Source: Myxococcota bacterium (lineage in GTDB: Bacteria; Myxococcota_A; UBA796; GCA-2862545). Taken from it: 60,984 bases of DNA. Positions 47,696 to 55,510 of this stretch are shown one piece after another. The stretch spans positions 1 through 60,984 of the forward strand of contig JBCCQY010000047.1 in NCBI GenBank assembly GCA_039208735.1, read 5' to 3'. The notes under the pieces were generated by a model, which was not told where the DNA came from, ran no database searches, and was given only the letters and a program-made list of their open reading frames with translations. Numbering within the stretch: the first letter of the stretch is position 1; each line of letters opens with the position of its first letter. A program made the position numbers and the translations under genes.

Positions 47696-48058
47696 TCACA
47701 GCGGGGTGTCAGAACGAGCGTTCGCCTCCAGACGGTAGCCCGCCGTTCTCACGGTAATGAGCCAGCGCGGCTTCATTGGATCCACCTCGATCTTCTGTCG
47801 TAGCCGCACGATGGCGTGGTCGAGGGCCCGGCTCATGCGGTGCCGATGGTCCGCCAAAACTTCGTTGACCAATCGGCGCCGGGCCACCGTCTCTCCGCGG
47901 TGCGCGACCAAGACCTCGAGCAGATCGACCTCGAGGGCCGACAACAGGACGGTTTCGCCGTCGGACCGCTGGACGCTTTGGGCATCGAGGTCAACGGCGA
48001 CGGGTCCCAACTCAAGCAGGCCTCGAGATTCCACGGAGCTGCCTAACCACCGGGGCAC
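47696..48058 (-). CDS. Stand-alone OmpR/PhoB-type winged-helix DNA-binding domain protein
   Basis: LSALEVDLLEVL...RALDHAIVRLRQKIEVDPMKPRWLITVRTAGYRL; no receiver domain. Confidence 0.75.
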   Translation of the reverse strand: MPRWLGSSVESRGLLELGPVAVDLDAQSVQRSDGETVLLSALEVDLLEVLVAHRGETVARRRLVNEVLADHRHRMSRALDHAIVRLRQKIEVDPMKPRWLITVRTAGYRLEANARSDTPL

Positions 48059-48104
48059 AGCCGCCGCGGGGAGGCGCCCGCTCTAGGCGAGCGGACGCCG
48101 TAAA

Positions 48105-49352
48105 TCACGCAAGATCCATCGCTTCGACCTCGACCGACTCGAAGGTCTCCTTCACCGCTTCGCGAAGCTCCGCCGCGGTGGTGCTCCGCAACCAGTCCAG
48201 ACCCCGATCCCCGTGGAGGATGCGCGCCAACGGGACCTCGCGAATGGAATCGGCCTCGTACCAAAGTCGGACGAGGACGCGGCGATCTTGGTCTTGAAAC
48301 GCCTCAAGTTGACCCATTCGAGCGAAGAACGTGCGACGGAACCGATCCCTTAGCCCCTTCACCGCGGCCAGGAAGCGGTCCCGGCTCTCGGTGGCCCGCA
48401 AGCGATCGATCAGCGTGGTGAGCTGGGCCGCATTTAGCTCGGATGGCGACTTCCCTTGGACGTCATTCACGTACCAAACCACCTCATCCCATTCGAAGCC
48501 TTCACCCTCACAATCCTCCTTGAAGGTCTCGACATCGTACGGAGGGGCTTCTGCGCCATCCAACCAGGCGGTGAGGACGTCAGCCACGTCGGCCCCCGCC
48601 TTCGGGAACGAACGGTCGACCAACGCCGCACAGCGCGTCTTCGTCACCACCATCGTGTGGGTTTCTGGATCCACATCGGCGACAACCGTGAACTCGTAGT
48701 CGAGACCTTCACGCTGGATGGGCTGCAACCCAACCTTGCGCGGAACCGACTGGCCCTTTGCATCCTGCTCCACCACCCACTGCACCTTGGTCCGCAAGGT
48801 GGCAATGACGTGACCAGGATACGAGAGAATCGCCTCAATAAGACGATTATGGAGCGGGGTTGCGTCTCGCCATCCCGCAAAACTGTTCTTCGTCTTGGAT
48901 CGAATCGTTCGTTCGTGAACGAAATCGAGCAAGCCTCCTTCGCCCGCCCACGCATGGGAGAGCGAGTCGAGGATGAGCACGGGATACTCTGCTTCTGCAG
49001 CCGCACGAATCGCGGCAAGATACTTCTCGACGCTATACTTGCCGGCCCCCGGCATTGCCGCGAGATCGAGCACGTCGAAGTCGAACGTCCCGCCATCGGG
49101 GTTGATTTCGTCGGCGTAGAGATTCGAGCTCGCATGCTCGGTATCGATCACCGCAAAACGCTGATCAGATTCGCGCAAGCTTTGCTTGCTGCTGTTCTGA
49201 TTTCGCGCAAGCTTCGCTTGCCGCTGGTCAGGGCCAATGAGCCCATGCGCGATGCGCAGCGCGGTGAACGTCTTGCCACTGCCGGCGGGACCCAGCAACG
49301 CCAAACGAAGCCGGGAATCTGTACGGCGGGCCTTCTGGAAAAGAGTCAACAA
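48105..49352 (-). CDS. AAA_24 / Sak4-like P-loop ATPase with C-terminal extension and a 21-aa repeat insertion
   Basis: FQKARR...GPAGSGKT...VIDTE...ILDSLSHAWAGEGG...PIQREGLDYEF...KTRC; TTG start after GGAGG. Confidence 0.85.
   Translation of the reverse strand: MLTLFQKARRTDSRLRLALLGPAGSGKTFTALRIAHGLIGPDQRQAKLARNQNSSKQSLRESDQRFAVIDTEHASSNLYADEINPDGGTFDFDVLDLAAMPGAGKYSVEKYLAAIRAAAEAEYPVLILDSLSHAWAGEGGLLDFVHERTIRSKTKNSFAGWRDATPLHNRLIEAILSYPGHVIATLRTKVQWVVEQDAKGQSVPRKVGLQPIQREGLDYEFTVVADVDPETHTMVVTKTRCAALVDRSFPKAGADVADVLTAWLDGAEAPPYDVETFKEDCEGEGFEWDEVVWYVNDVQGKSPSELNAAQLTTLIDRLRATESRDRFLAAVKGLRDRFRRTFFARMGQLEAFQDQDRRVLVRLWYEADSIREVPLARILHGDRGLDWLRSTTAAELREAVKETFESVEVEAMDLA
49162..49233. repeat. 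Double-hairpin palindromic element, copy 1 (in frame inside the ATPase gene)
   Basis: 69/72 identical to 51307-51378; two GCAAGC-N3-GCTTGC hairpins. Confidence 0.92.
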
Positions 49353-49760
49353 CTTCCTCCGGATTTGGAGTCATGGATTGTGGTGGTTCGGAAGGCTCAC
49401 AGCTACCAACGAAACGCGTGCGGGACGCACCTCCAGGGTTCGACCTCTTGTCTTAATTATGTATCCTCGGATCCGGACAATAAATGTCCGAAAAACCAAG
49501 AGACCTAGGAGTGACCTCGTATTTGAAAAGACACGTCCGCCGAGAGCCACGGGGTCCCTCCATCCGTTCAGGAGGGAACCCTTTGTCCTTACCTTCACCG
49601 AAGGACCATTCAAGGCAAACCGTGCGGTCTATCGAAGCATCCCACGCGAAAGGCGAGCCCGTGGGGTTAGTTGGGGCCAATGGCTTACCTTTTCGAGGTA
49701 AGGGCCTAGCCAATGCGCCCTCAGGGTACCGGTGGTTCCTACCTTGAAGGAGAATCCATC

Positions 49761-50075
49761 GTGTTCCGTACCTTTCTCCCGCTGCTTTTCGCGGCCTGCA
49801 TCGACGGTGCGCCGTCGGGGCCGACCACGGCCACCACAGCAACGACCGCCGCCACCGGCGATACCGGGGCGACCGTGACGCTTCCTCCGCTGCCTGACAC
49901 GGGCTCGCCGAACCGTTCTCAATCGTGCTCGGCGGGAAGCTCAGTGAATGGCGAGAGTCGCAGCATGAGCTGCACCAATGGTGCGTGCACGTGCACCGAA
50001 AACGGCGTGGTGGTGGGCACCTGCTCCGACACCAGCTGCGACCTCGTCAACGGCTGCTGCGCGGCGTTCTTCTAG
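49761..50075 (+). CDS. Small Cys-rich lipoprotein
   Basis: RBS AAGGAG, GTG start; lipobox FAAC; Thr-rich linker; 8-Cys C-terminal domain. Confidence 0.7.
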   Translation: MFRTFLPLLFAACIDGAPSGPTTATTATTAATGDTGATVTLPPLPDTGSPNRSQSCSAGSSVNGESRSMSCTNGACTCTENGVVVGTCSDTSCDLVNGCCAAFF

Positions 50076-50079
50076 CGGG

Positions 50080-51150
50080 TCAGCGGACGACCGCGTTGTC
50101 CGGAATGACCGTGCCGGCCGCGACGACCACCCGGTCTCGCAGGATGGCACCATCGCCGATCTGGGCGCCATCGCCAACCACCACATCGTGGCCCAAGGTC
50201 ACATTCGACCCAATCTGAACGTTGTCGCCGACCTGAGTCCGGTCACGCAGCGTGGTGAGGTCACCCACGGTGGTGCCCGCACCGATGGTGGCGTCATGTC
50301 CCACCACTACGCCCTGTCCGAGGGTCACCTGGTTGCCCACATCGGCGCGGTCACGAACAACCGAGCCTTCACCCAACGTGGCTCCCGCTCCGATGATGGC
50401 GTCATGACCCACTCGGGCATGGGCCAGAATCACCGCACCGTCACCGATGTCGGACCGATCCCGCACCACCGCGCCAACCCCGACGACCACGTTCGCCCCG
50501 AGCGACACCCCACGGCCGAGGGATGCCGTAGGATCGATCAACAGCCGCTGACCGTTGATTTGGATGAACGGCGTAGAAAGGATGCCGAAGTCCGTGACCA
50601 CATCAGACCAGTTGTAGGGCGTTGTGGCGGCGTTGCTCCAGAAGTGCTCTCCCCCCATCGGCACCGCGGTCCCCTGGCCGCACGTCAGGACACACAGCGC
50701 ATCATCTTGCGCATCCGCCGTCATCTCGAACCCCACGAACACCTGCTCGTTTGGGGCCACGATGAAGTTGGGGATGTCCACTACATAAAAGTCGTTGGGC
50801 GCGCCAGGCGTGGGGGTTTGCGTCAACACCGTACTAAACTGCAAGACCGGGGTTGCATCGGGAAAGTCCGTGTTTTGCACCCAGACGTCCAACCGATGAC
50901 TCCGCGCCCCATTGCACAACGGGATTCCAAGCTGATCGACGAGACTATATACCAGGTTATCCACCTCAAAACGACTGATACCACCGACAGCGAGGCGCAC
51001 GCCGTAAACGTGGCTCACCTCGGAAGGAAAGATCGGAATGATCGCGTTGGCGACTTCACATCCCTGGAGTCCACTGGTTTCGAGAGCCTGCGCGGAGGCG
51101 GTAGGAACCAATGCAGCAACGACAAACCACGTCATGGAGTTCTCCCTCAA
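50080..51150 (-). CDS. Secreted protein with C-terminal left-handed beta-helix (hexapeptide repeats)
   Basis: Signal peptide ending ASA-Q; about 140 aa of [IV]Gxx[AV]x repeats. Confidence 0.8.
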   Translation of the reverse strand: MRENSMTWFVVAALVPTASAQALETSGLQGCEVANAIIPIFPSEVSHVYGVRLAVGGISRFEVDNLVYSLVDQLGIPLCNGARSHRLDVWVQNTDFPDATPVLQFSTVLTQTPTPGAPNDFYVVDIPNFIVAPNEQVFVGFEMTADAQDDALCVLTCGQGTAVPMGGEHFWSNAATTPYNWSDVVTDFGILSTPFIQINGQRLLIDPTASLGRGVSLGANVVVGVGAVVRDRSDIGDGAVILAHARVGHDAIIGAGATLGEGSVVRDRADVGNQVTLGQGVVVGHDATIGAGTTVGDLTTLRDRTQVGDNVQIGSNVTLGHDVVVGDGAQIGDGAILRDRVVVAAGTVIPDNAVVR

Positions 51151-51306
51151 AGCACCACCACCGTGTCACGCGATCCACCATGTGATTAGGTGAAAACCTG
51201 ATCCTGGACACCGTCGGACCAGTCGGGACAAATCAGCTTGCAGGAGCATCAGCGACGAAAGCTGAACCGCGTCGGCCTGCAGGCGCGTAGCGCCGAAGGC
51301 CAGCGG

Positions 51307-51378
51307 TGATCAGACTCGCGCAAGCCTTGCTTGCTGCTGTTCTGATTTCGCGCAAGCTTCGCTTGCCGCTGTTCAGGG
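51307..51378. repeat. Double-hairpin palindromic element, copy 2 (intergenic, overlaps stop codon of the vWA gene)
   Basis: 69/72 identical to 49162-49233. Confidence 0.92.
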
Positions 51379-53439
51379 TTTTTCGCAAGGATTTCCGTCG
51401 TCATCTAGCCAGACGACGCGCTCCTCAGCCCCTTGAACGAAGGTCTGCGCTAAACAGCGCCGTTCACCAGGCACACGCTTCGACCATCGCCTGGGCAAGC
51501 GTTCGACCTCACGGATGAAGTCGAGCAACGCTTGGTCTTCGACCCGAAACGGTTCCCTCATCGCGTCGTGGGCCATCCAGTAGACGTGCCTTGGGCTCAA
51601 CGGGCTGACCGGGCTGCCTTCGAGGGCCAACGCCAGGCTGGCCGCGGCGGCGGCCATTCGCGTATCTTGCGAGCCATGGCCGAAGCGCTCCTGCGGCGTG
51701 TTGGGCAAGGCCACGACTTGCTCAAACGCTCTTTGCCCCTCCCAGCCCGGGGGCTCCGCCCGCAGCGTCAGCGTACCCAAGTCCTTCGGTGCCCATCCGC
51801 TCGCGAGCTGCACCTCATAGAGCATGGTGACGCGGTGGCCAGGGCCCAGATCACCGGCGTCGACCGTGTCATCGCGAAACTCGGCATCGGCCAACTGTCG
51901 GTCGCCGTAGCCAACTTGGCGCCAGGCCCGAACCGCACGGGAGTTCCATCGAATCTGGGCCTTCGCGTCGCGGACGACCACCACGAAGTTCTCAACGAAT
52001 TGGTCCACCAGGAGGTGGGTTACCCAGTCCCGCCCATCGATGTAGGCGTAATTGCCATCGCTTGCGTCCGCGAACGCCTCCATGAGGGCATCGCGATACC
52101 CGTTGCGGCCGAACCCAAGCGCGGTCAAACCGATGCCCCTTTCCGACCAGGGCCTCACCAGGTCTGCAAGCTCGTTGCCATCTTGAAGGCCAAGGTTAGG
52201 CATTCCATCGGTGCAAAGCACGACCCGATGGGCTCCCTCACGGCCTAGTCGCTGCGCGGCCGTGGTGTAGGCAAGCCGTAGGCCGTCTTCAAGCTGCGTT
52301 CCTCCGCCCGCTTCGATGAACCCGATGGCCTGCGAAATGACCGGGGCGTCTCCTTGGGTGGGCGAAAGAACGACCTCCGCCGTCTCCGAGAACTGGACAA
52401 CCGCCACGCTATCCTCTTCATCCAGTTCCCCCGCAAGGGTCTCAAGGGTGTCCTGGACCAACGAGAGCGGATCCGCCATCGAGCCTGAAGCATCAACAAG
52501 GAGGGTGAGGTGCAACGGAGGTCGTTCGTCGGCGTCCATGGGCTCGGTCATCAGGCCAACGCGCAACAGGTGAAACCCCTCGGTCCATGGGCTCGGCACA
52601 AGCTCGACCTCCGCGCCGAACAAGTCGCCTTCTTCAGGATGGGGAAGCGTGTAAGGAAGCGCATTGACGAACTCCTCAACGCGCACCTGACCAAGCTCGG
52701 GCCACTTTCGATGGCCGACAAGCCCGCGGCTGAAACTGTAGGACGCGGTGTCGACATCGAGGGCGAACGTCGAGGTCGGACGACGACGCGTGCGCCACGC
52801 CTGGTTGGGCCCCCGGTCCGAAAGCACCCCGTGCGAAACGAACGACCGCAGAACCGGAGGCCCCTCGAGCCGGGTTCTCAGGCCAACGATGTCGACGCCT
52901 TGGATCGCGGCGATGGTGACGTCCAAGTCGTTGCGCAGCGAGATCACCAGGTCTCCCTGAGCAGCTGCCCGCTTGAGCGTGGCGTCCTGATCGGGGGACG
53001 TCAACAGCGCGACTCGGGGTGTCGAACGCGGGAAGACGTCGAGCACAAAGAGGGTTTGCAGTAGGGTTTGGGTCTGCCCCTCCTTGGTGAACAGTACATC
53101 GACGTAATTGCCAGGGTTGAGGAACCCGCCGAGCGCGGCACCGTCGGCCACATCGATGAGGGTTCGACGCATCCCGTCAGGGATGAGGAATTCGGGGGTC
53201 GTCCGATCATCGGGTTGGGGAATCGGCGGCACGGTAGCCGCGGTTATCGGCTGGGTCGACACTCGAGGGTTCGTTGGCCACAGGCCGTAGCCCAACCCAA
53301 GCGCGACCAACGCCGCAGCTACCACCCACCACGGACGGGGAGAAGGCACCACTACGGCCGGTCGGAGTCGCTCCAACGCCTCCGGCGAGAGCTGATGCAC
53401 GTCGTACCACGATGCAACGTCACGATCGTCGATGGTCAC
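51373..53439 (-). CDS. Membrane-anchored RcpC/CpaB + vWA (YfbK/DUF3520-like) protein, putative anti-sigma partner
   Basis: GTGA overlap with sigma stop; TM; IPDGMRR...GGFLNPGNYVDV...SLRN (CpaB); STFALDVDTASY, RVEEFVN, DASGSM, RQVGY..R...F.DD..DAGDLG.GH. Confidence 0.8.
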   Translation of the reverse strand: MTIDDRDVASWYDVHQLSPEALERLRPAVVVPSPRPWWVVAAALVALGLGYGLWPTNPRVSTQPITAATVPPIPQPDDRTTPEFLIPDGMRRTLIDVADGAALGGFLNPGNYVDVLFTKEGQTQTLLQTLFVLDVFPRSTPRVALLTSPDQDATLKRAAAQGDLVISLRNDLDVTIAAIQGVDIVGLRTRLEGPPVLRSFVSHGVLSDRGPNQAWRTRRRPTSTFALDVDTASYSFSRGLVGHRKWPELGQVRVEEFVNALPYTLPHPEEGDLFGAEVELVPSPWTEGFHLLRVGLMTEPMDADERPPLHLTLLVDASGSMADPLSLVQDTLETLAGELDEEDSVAVVQFSETAEVVLSPTQGDAPVISQAIGFIEAGGGTQLEDGLRLAYTTAAQRLGREGAHRVVLCTDGMPNLGLQDGNELADLVRPWSERGIGLTALGFGRNGYRDALMEAFADASDGNYAYIDGRDWVTHLLVDQFVENFVVVVRDAKAQIRWNSRAVRAWRQVGYGDRQLADAEFRDDTVDAGDLGPGHRVTMLYEVQLASGWAPKDLGTLTLRAEPPGWEGQRAFEQVVALPNTPQERFGHGSQDTRMAAAAASLALALEGSPVSPLSPRHVYWMAHDAMREPFRVEDQALLDFIREVERLPRRWSKRVPGERRCLAQTFVQGAEERVVWLDDDGNPCEKP

Positions 53440-53912
53440 AAGACCTCCTGATCGGGATGGTTGGCCCGCCAGGTAGCAAGCCGATGCCGCGCCCGCGCAA
53501 GCCAAGTGAGAACCGTGTTGCGAGGGCGCCCCACCAGCTCCGCGATTTCACGGGCGGTCCACCCCTCGACCACGTTGAGAAACAGGACCTCTCGCTCTGC
53601 CTCGGGAAGCGTGCCCAGCGCATGGCCCACTTCGTCATGGGCAACCAGTGCGGCCTCCGTCAACGGCCGACCCGCGACCTCATGATCGAGGGGCACCATC
53701 GGAACCACCGCCCGCCGACGTTGGAGGTCGATCCACAGATTGCGCAGGGTTGTGATGAGGTAGGCCGGTTCAACCGCCTGGCGACGCCCGTGCACTCGAA
53801 TCCACGCATCGTGGACCAAATCTTCGGCCTGCGTACGGTCGTGAGTGAGGGCCAACGCATAACGAAATGCGCGGTGGAGCACGGCGGGGTCGGGGGCGTC
53901 GCGTCCGGACAT
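53436..53912 (-). CDS. ECF RNA polymerase sigma factor
   Basis: AEDLVHDAW; RNLWID..RR; LPEAEREVLFL...EIAELVG..RNTV..WLARAR. Confidence 0.9.
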   Translation of the reverse strand: MSGRDAPDPAVLHRAFRYALALTHDRTQAEDLVHDAWIRVHGRRQAVEPAYLITTLRNLWIDLQRRRAVVPMVPLDHEVAGRPLTEAALVAHDEVGHALGTLPEAEREVLFLNVVEGWTAREIAELVGRPRNTVLTWLARARHRLATWRANHPDQEVL

Positions 53913-53980
53913 GGAACCTCGCGCGGAAGAACGAGAACAGTCTCCACTCCTTCACGAACGGCGGCATCGTTTGATTGTGT

Positions 53981-54808
53981 TCATCCCAAGATGGTCGGCA
54001 ACCATCGCGAAAGGCGCGCCCGAAGCGCGTCCGGCGCCTGAACCCGATCGCGTCCGAACGCGCTGGCGATCGCCCGGACCTGCCGAAGCTCGTGGTGCGC
54101 GGCTCGCAACGTGGCATCTGGAACTTCTTCGAAGACCTCGCGCAACACCGGTTTGCGTCGTAGCGGCGCAAGCAGCTGCGTCGCGGAGATCTGGCGGCGA
54201 CATTGGCAATTGGCCTGCTCATTCACCAATCCACACCGATTGACCAGGAATCCGCCGAGCCGTTGCCGAGCGCGGGACAGTCGCTTGCGCAGGGTTACCG
54301 CGGTCACCCCAGCAATCGCGGCCGCCTCGGGGCCCGGAAGGTCGAAAAGGTCGACGAGCACAATGGCCAAGCGTTCCTCTCGGGTGAGCCGCATGAGCAT
54401 GCCCTGCGTGCACGCAAGCTTGACCTCGCGCGCCAACACCTCGTCGTCAGGACTCGGGCGCGCGGCATCGATGGCCAAACCGAACTGGAGGCTCGCCGCC
54501 AACCCCAACTCCCCGAACGCCCGCCGCTCCGAACGCTTCCGCCGCAACGCTCCAAGATGTCGCACCGCTAGGGTGTAGACCCAAGTCGTAAGCTGACTTC
54601 GACCCTCGAATTCTGGCAGATGACGAACCACTTTCAGCAGGACATCCTGACACGCATCTTCGGCATCGAGAGGATCGCCAAGCATTCGCATGCAAAGCCG
54701 AAAGATCAGAGGTTGAAGGTGGTCGCAGAGTTCGGCGAGCGCACCCTCCTCGCCCGCCCGCGCGGCGCGCTGTAGAGCCTCGATTTCACCTGTGACGTGA
54801 TTGGGCAT
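53981..54808 (-). CDS. ECF sigma factor with Cys-rich C-terminal extension
   Basis: DAEDACQD; FEGRSQLTTW; CTQGML; RKRLSRAR; CGLVNEQANCQC. Confidence 0.9.
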   Translation of the reverse strand: MPNHVTGEIEALQRAARAGEEGALAELCDHLQPLIFRLCMRMLGDPLDAEDACQDVLLKVVRHLPEFEGRSQLTTWVYTLAVRHLGALRRKRSERRAFGELGLAASLQFGLAIDAARPSPDDEVLAREVKLACTQGMLMRLTREERLAIVLVDLFDLPGPEAAAIAGVTAVTLRKRLSRARQRLGGFLVNRCGLVNEQANCQCRRQISATQLLAPLRRKPVLREVFEEVPDATLRAAHHELRQVRAIASAFGRDRVQAPDALRARLSRWLPTILG

Positions 54809-54823
54809 GGATCTCCCTCACTG

Positions 54824-54906
54824 GTTTGGAGCCCAGCCGGCCTTAGGTGTGACCAAGAATCTTTCTTCGCAGCATGGTCACACTTGGCTTCAGGACGCCT
54901 CCAAAC
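54824..54906. promoter_or_regulatory. Back-to-back divergent ECF-type promoters GGTCACA-N16-CTCCAAAC
   Basis: Plus strand 54876-54906 and minus strand 54854-54824 carry identical -35 and -10 boxes with different spacers. Confidence 0.8.
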
Positions 54907-54934
54907 GAGTGCACCCTGGCCTGGAGTCCTTGTC

Positions 54935-55510
54935 ATGCCCTTGCTTCGTTTGCTGCCCTTCGCCCTCGTCGGCTGTGCCTCTGGTGCGGCTCGTGTGGGC
55001 ACCCTCGTTCTCAATGTCGATCCGGTTTCGACGGTCGATGCCCCCGATGGACTGCTCGAATCCACCACCCTACGCACCGAGACCTCTGAGGGCGCGTTGC
55101 TCGTCTGGCAGGACACCGATGCGGCCGAGGCAGGCCTTGCCGCCTTGGGACTGATCAACGCCGACGTGACCTGGCTCGATCTGCCCGTCGAGATGGTCGA
55201 CCCGAGTGAACCCGCAGCGGACGTCCCCTATGTGACCCTGGTTCGGGTTCCGGCCCCCTGGTACGCCACCCGAGGCATGGTCATCGGTCGAATGCAGAAA
55301 GCCATTCCAGAGTATGAAGCCGTCGAAGGCCTGATTCACAAGGACTTCGTGCTCACCGATGACCGTGAACTCGGCGGCCTCTACCGATGGGTCAACCGCG
55401 AAGCCGCCGATGCGTTCTACGATGAAGCCTGGCACGCTGACATCGAAGATCGGTACGGCGTACCTGCAGATCTGCTTCGTTTCGAGGCGGTGGATCCCGA
55501 TTGGCCCTAA
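54935..55510 (+). CDS. Lipoprotein with YdhR-like (ferredoxin-fold monooxygenase) domain
   Basis: Lipobox LVGC; YEAVEGLIHKDF...GGLYRWVNREAADAFY...RYG. Confidence 0.7.
   Translation: MPLLRLLPFALVGCASGAARVGTLVLNVDPVSTVDAPDGLLESTTLRTETSEGALLVWQDTDAAEAGLAALGLINADVTWLDLPVEMVDPSEPAADVPYVTLVRVPAPWYATRGMVIGRMQKAIPEYEAVEGLIHKDFVLTDDRELGGLYRWVNREAADAFYDEAWHADIEDRYGVPADLLRFEAVDPDWP

Noticed and set aside
47696..48104. Frameshifted response regulator pseudogene
   Set aside because: Only about 46 bp separate it from the upstream gene, leaving no room for a receiver remnant. Treated as a stand-alone winged-helix protein.
48105..49352. Prophage around the Sak4-like ATPase
   Set aside because: No integrase, structural, terminase or lysis genes, and no att-like boundary seen.
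49610..49760. c-di-GMP-I (GGCAAAC) or c-di-AMP/ydaO (AGGAACC...CTAACCCC, minus strand) riboswitch
   Set aside because: Only short fragments match and the required stems and spacing are not evident. Kept only as an unassigned structured-RNA candidate.
49162..51378. CRISPR array from the 31-32 bp hairpin units
   Set aside because: The units are directly adjacent with no spacers, there are only two per locus, and no cas genes are present.
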